A stretch of 40,102 nt of DNA from Longimicrobiales bacterium (lineage in GTDB: Bacteria > Gemmatimonadota > Gemmatimonadetes > Longimicrobiales > Gaopeijiaceae). The notes under the pieces are model-generated. The model worked only from the letters and a program-made list of their open reading frames with translations, was not told where the DNA came from and ran no database searches. A program made the translations under genes and the position numbers. Of the stretch, positions 37,485 through 40,102 are shown piece by piece (position 1 is the stretch's first letter; each line of letters starts with the position of its first letter). The stretch is from contig CBDCKN010000011.1 in NCBI GenBank assembly GCA_965218295.1, forward strand, positions 1 through 40,102. The letters are read 5' to 3'.

Positions 37485-38239
37485 TGGACCTCACGCTCCA
37501 CGTCTGGCGGCAGGCGGGCCCCGACCATACAGGCGCCTTCGAGACACACCACCCGAGGGACGTCAGCCCGGACATGTCCTTCCTGGAGATGCTCGACGAG
37601 GTGAATGAAGGACTCATCAAGGACGGCGCCGAGCCCATCGCTTTTGAGCACGACTGCAGGGAAGGGATCTGCGGCGCCTGCGGCATGATGATCAACGGAG
37701 TGCCCCACGGCCCCAAGACGATGACCTCCACTTGTGAGCTCCACATGCGGACATTCCGGGATGGCGACGAGATCTGGATCGAGCCGTGGCGCGCCACGGC
37801 GTTCCCCATTCTCAAGGACCTGGTTGTGGATCGGTCGCCCTTCGACCGTATCATCGAGGCGGGCGGCTACGTCTCGATTCGGGCAGGCAGCGCTCCCGAC
37901 GCGAACGCCATCCCCGTCGAGAAGGACAAGGCGGACGACGCCATGGACGCGGCCACGTGTATCGGCTGCGGGGCGTGCGTGGCGGCTTGTCCGAACGCCT
38001 CGGCCATGCTGTTTGCGGCCGCCAAGATCTCCCATCTGGGGCTACTGCCTCAGGGGCAGCCGGAGCGCGACTCCCGGGTGCTGGGCATGGTGGGGGTGCA
38101 CGATGCGGAAGGATTCGGCAACTGCACGAATCACGGTGCCTGCGAGGTTGCGTGCCCGAAGGGGATCAGCGTCAAGTACATCGCCCGTCTGAACCGCGAC
38201 CTCATCGTGGCTTCCTTGCAGAGCGCGCCTGGCGACTGA
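37484..38239 (+). CDS. sdhB: Succinate dehydrogenase iron-sulfur subunit
   Basis: [38 protein letters not shown] overlap. Confidence 0.95.
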   Translation: MDLTLHVWRQAGPDHTGAFETHHPRDVSPDMSFLEMLDEVNEGLIKDGAEPIAFEHDCREGICGACGMMINGVPHGPKTMTSTCELHMRTFRDGDEIWIEPWRATAFPILKDLVVDRSPFDRIIEAGGYVSIRAGSAPDANAIPVEKDKADDAMDAATCIGCGACVAACPNASAMLFAAAKISHLGLLPQGQPERDSRVLGMVGVHDAEGFGNCTNHGACEVACPKGISVKYIARLNRDLIVASLQSAPGD

Positions 38240-38255
38240 AAGGTTCGTGGGGCCC

Positions 38256-39083
38256 TCAGCCTCCCGGCGTTCCCGGCTCCGAGAAGACCTGCGGCGGCAA
38301 CACCGGATTCACTTCGGCGTCACCTACCCGGATGATCTTGAAGACCCTCCCTTCGTCGTCGAAGTGGACCCGGGCACCCACGTAGTGGTAGCCGTCCACA
38401 CTGCGGATGTCTTCCCATCGCGTGTGCTCCACGTGGTCGCTGCCCTCCTCCTGATAGTCCACTTGCACGGGCCAGACACGTCCGTCGACGAAGTAGTAGA
38501 AGTAGGTGTCCTGCTGGTCGCCGACATCCTCCCCGAAGGTCACACGGACCGTGTGACGCCCTGACACATCCTCACCGTCGTAGTGCAGGAGGACTCCGGG
38601 GTCCATGAGCTTCTGCGGAAGGCGGACCCAGTAGTTCACCTCGCCGGAGACGTATCGGACCTCCTGTTGGTCCCGATCACCGGGAGTGAGACGCTGTCCG
38701 TTCATGAACGCCCAGTTGGTCCGGCCGTCCCATCCCTGGACGATGAAGTCGTCCCCCTCCCACCGCTCGATGCGGGCCGCGAGCACGCTTGGTTGCCGGT
38801 CGATGGTGACGTATCTGGGCCGAGTCCTTCGCAGTCGCCCCGTCGAAGCGTCGTACATCTCGGTGGTGAGGGTGAAGCGGGCCGAAACGAGGCTCCGTAG
38901 GTGCTCCATCCCTCCCAGGGCGTCGATCCAGGCCTCGACGAGTCCCACCGCCCGGGGGTCGCTTCCCGCCGAAGTCTCCTGGGCCAGAGCGCCTCCCGGG
39001 GGCGCTCCAAGAAGTGCTCCGAGGAGTGCGACCACGACCAGGAAGGTGGAATGGCGACCGGTTGCACATCGTTGAGCGATCAT
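38256..39083 (-). CDS. Hypothetical exported protein (possibly DUF6503/lipoprotein-carrier-like fold)
   Basis: Signal peptide ending ALAQ; 'IDALGGME', 'QGWDG..W', 'NYWVRLPQKLMDPGV', 'VTFGEDVGD'. Start at 39083 or 39089. Confidence 0.65.
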   Translation of the reverse strand: MIAQRCATGRHSTFLVVVALLGALLGAPPGGALAQETSAGSDPRAVGLVEAWIDALGGMEHLRSLVSARFTLTTEMYDASTGRLRRTRPRYVTIDRQPSVLAARIERWEGDDFIVQGWDGRTNWAFMNGQRLTPGDRDQQEVRYVSGEVNYWVRLPQKLMDPGVLLHYDGEDVSGRHTVRVTFGEDVGDQQDTYFYYFVDGRVWPVQVDYQEEGSDHVEHTRWEDIRSVDGYHYVGARVHFDDEGRVFKIIRVGDAEVNPVLPPQVFSEPGTPGG

Positions 39084-39372
39084 CCTCATGCCCCCCTTCG
39101 CTTGCACGCCAGGAGCCCGAGGTGATATCGCGGGAAGCGTGCCTTGCATCGACTGCGGACGAGTGTCTAACACCAAATCCCCCGTCTTGCTCCCCCCAAC
39201 GAGGGCCCGTACAGTGCAGCCAGAAACTGGATTCCGACTTGGAGGGCGTCATGCAGCATCGCTCGGGCAGACTCCACCCGGGACGGCCACGCCTGAGCGT
39301 CCAGCCCTGCATGACCGGGAACTGGGAGAATTCGAATTCCATGATTCGAAGAAGGAGCCGGGGAAGCGGCGG

Positions 39373-39552
39373 ATGAGCCCCTATCGGGTTCTGGCTTGGT
39401 TGGGCCGGGAGGCCCGAGCGCGGGCGGCTGAACATGCGCTACGGCTCGAGGGGTTGGGTCCGATCCGGGAGCACTGGGTTGGGCGGGCGATCGACACCGC
39501 CGATCTACTTGATACACTTGCCGCAGAAACTGACGCGGGGGTGCCGGCGTGA
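39373..39552 (+). CDS. Small hypothetical protein coupled to sulP (5' end uncertain)
   Basis: Its stop overlaps the sulP start (GTGA). The frame is open back to 39088. Confidence 0.3.
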   Translation: MSPYRVLAWLGREARARAAEHALRLEGLGPIREHWVGRAIDTADLLDTLAAETDAGVPA

Positions 39553-40102
39553 CGGCCGTCCCGAGGCCTTCCAGAAGGGACTTCGTGTCGGGCGCCGGCG
39601 TGGCCCTGGTGCTGATTCCCCAGGCCATGGCATACGCGGAGCTGGCCGGCCTTCCCAGTCGGCACGGGCTCTTCGCGGCCGCGGTGGCACCCATCGCCGC
39701 GGGGTTCTTCGCTTCGTCGCCCTACCTCCAGACCGGTCCCGTGGCGTTGACGGCCTTGCTCACGCTGGGTGCCCTCGTCCCTCTGGCCGGGCTGGGCTCG
39801 GCCGAGTACGTACGCCTGGCGGCGCTTCTGGCCCTGGTAGTGGGGATCGCCCGCGTCATAGTGGGCGCTTTCAAGGGCGGGTGGCTCTCCTACATGATGT
39901 CCAGGCCCATGCTAGACGGCTTCACCACCGCGGCGGCGATCCTGATCATCAGCTCGCAGCTTCCCGGGGCGGGCCGGCGTCCTAGCCCCGAGTGACGGGG
40001 TGCTTCAGCGGGCGTTCTGGACGCTTGCCAATCCCGGGTTCCTGGGAGGCCGCCGCCGTCGTCCTCTCGGCGGCGACCGTGGCCGTGATTCTCCTAGGAC
40101 GT
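39549..40102 (+). CDS. SulP family anion transporter, 5' part, with two apparent frameshifts
   Basis: DFVSG..VALVLIPQAMAYAELAGLP, TGPVA, GFTTAAAILIISSQLP. The sequence continues GVLAPSDGVLQRAFW..WEAAAVVLS only after shifts at ~39972 and ~40039. Confidence 0.85.

Overview
GC-rich bacterial chromosomal segment; gene content and order suggest Gemmatimonadota (inference). Most of it is housekeeping DNA. In order: a Fe3+ ABC pair with a Fur-like box; icd-pepA-plug/beta-barrel-yicC-gmk-rpoZ-coaBC-udg-dnaB-ispD-tsaC-LMW phosphatase-aroE-comF-gap-pgk-tpiA-secG; 2-oxoacid dehydrogenase E1beta/E2 and lipB; rnhA; carA; an IHF/HU gene; an ECF sigma/anti-sigma/Spy-like module; moaDEA; mdh; sdhCAB; and the start of a SulP gene. 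The most striking unexplained element lies between lipB and rnhA. It is a self-contained ~345-nt transcription unit (about 27622-27970) with a near-consensus sigma70 promoter and an intrinsic terminator, no credible ORF, and a dense multi-hairpin fold. It does not carry the motifs of RNase P RNA, tmRNA, SRP or 6S, so it is a candidate undescribed large ncRNA. Other observations: a family of mostly TA-bounded MITE-like palindromes (4 copies, two supplying stop codons); two identically spaced TACGTA-N17-TACGTA sites flanking a TolB-like gene, one overlapping a dif-like site; and an orphan imuB-like gene with a candidate direct-repeat SOS box. Frameshifts cluster at both window ends and may be assembly errors. 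All structures and motifs were read by eye and no database search was run.
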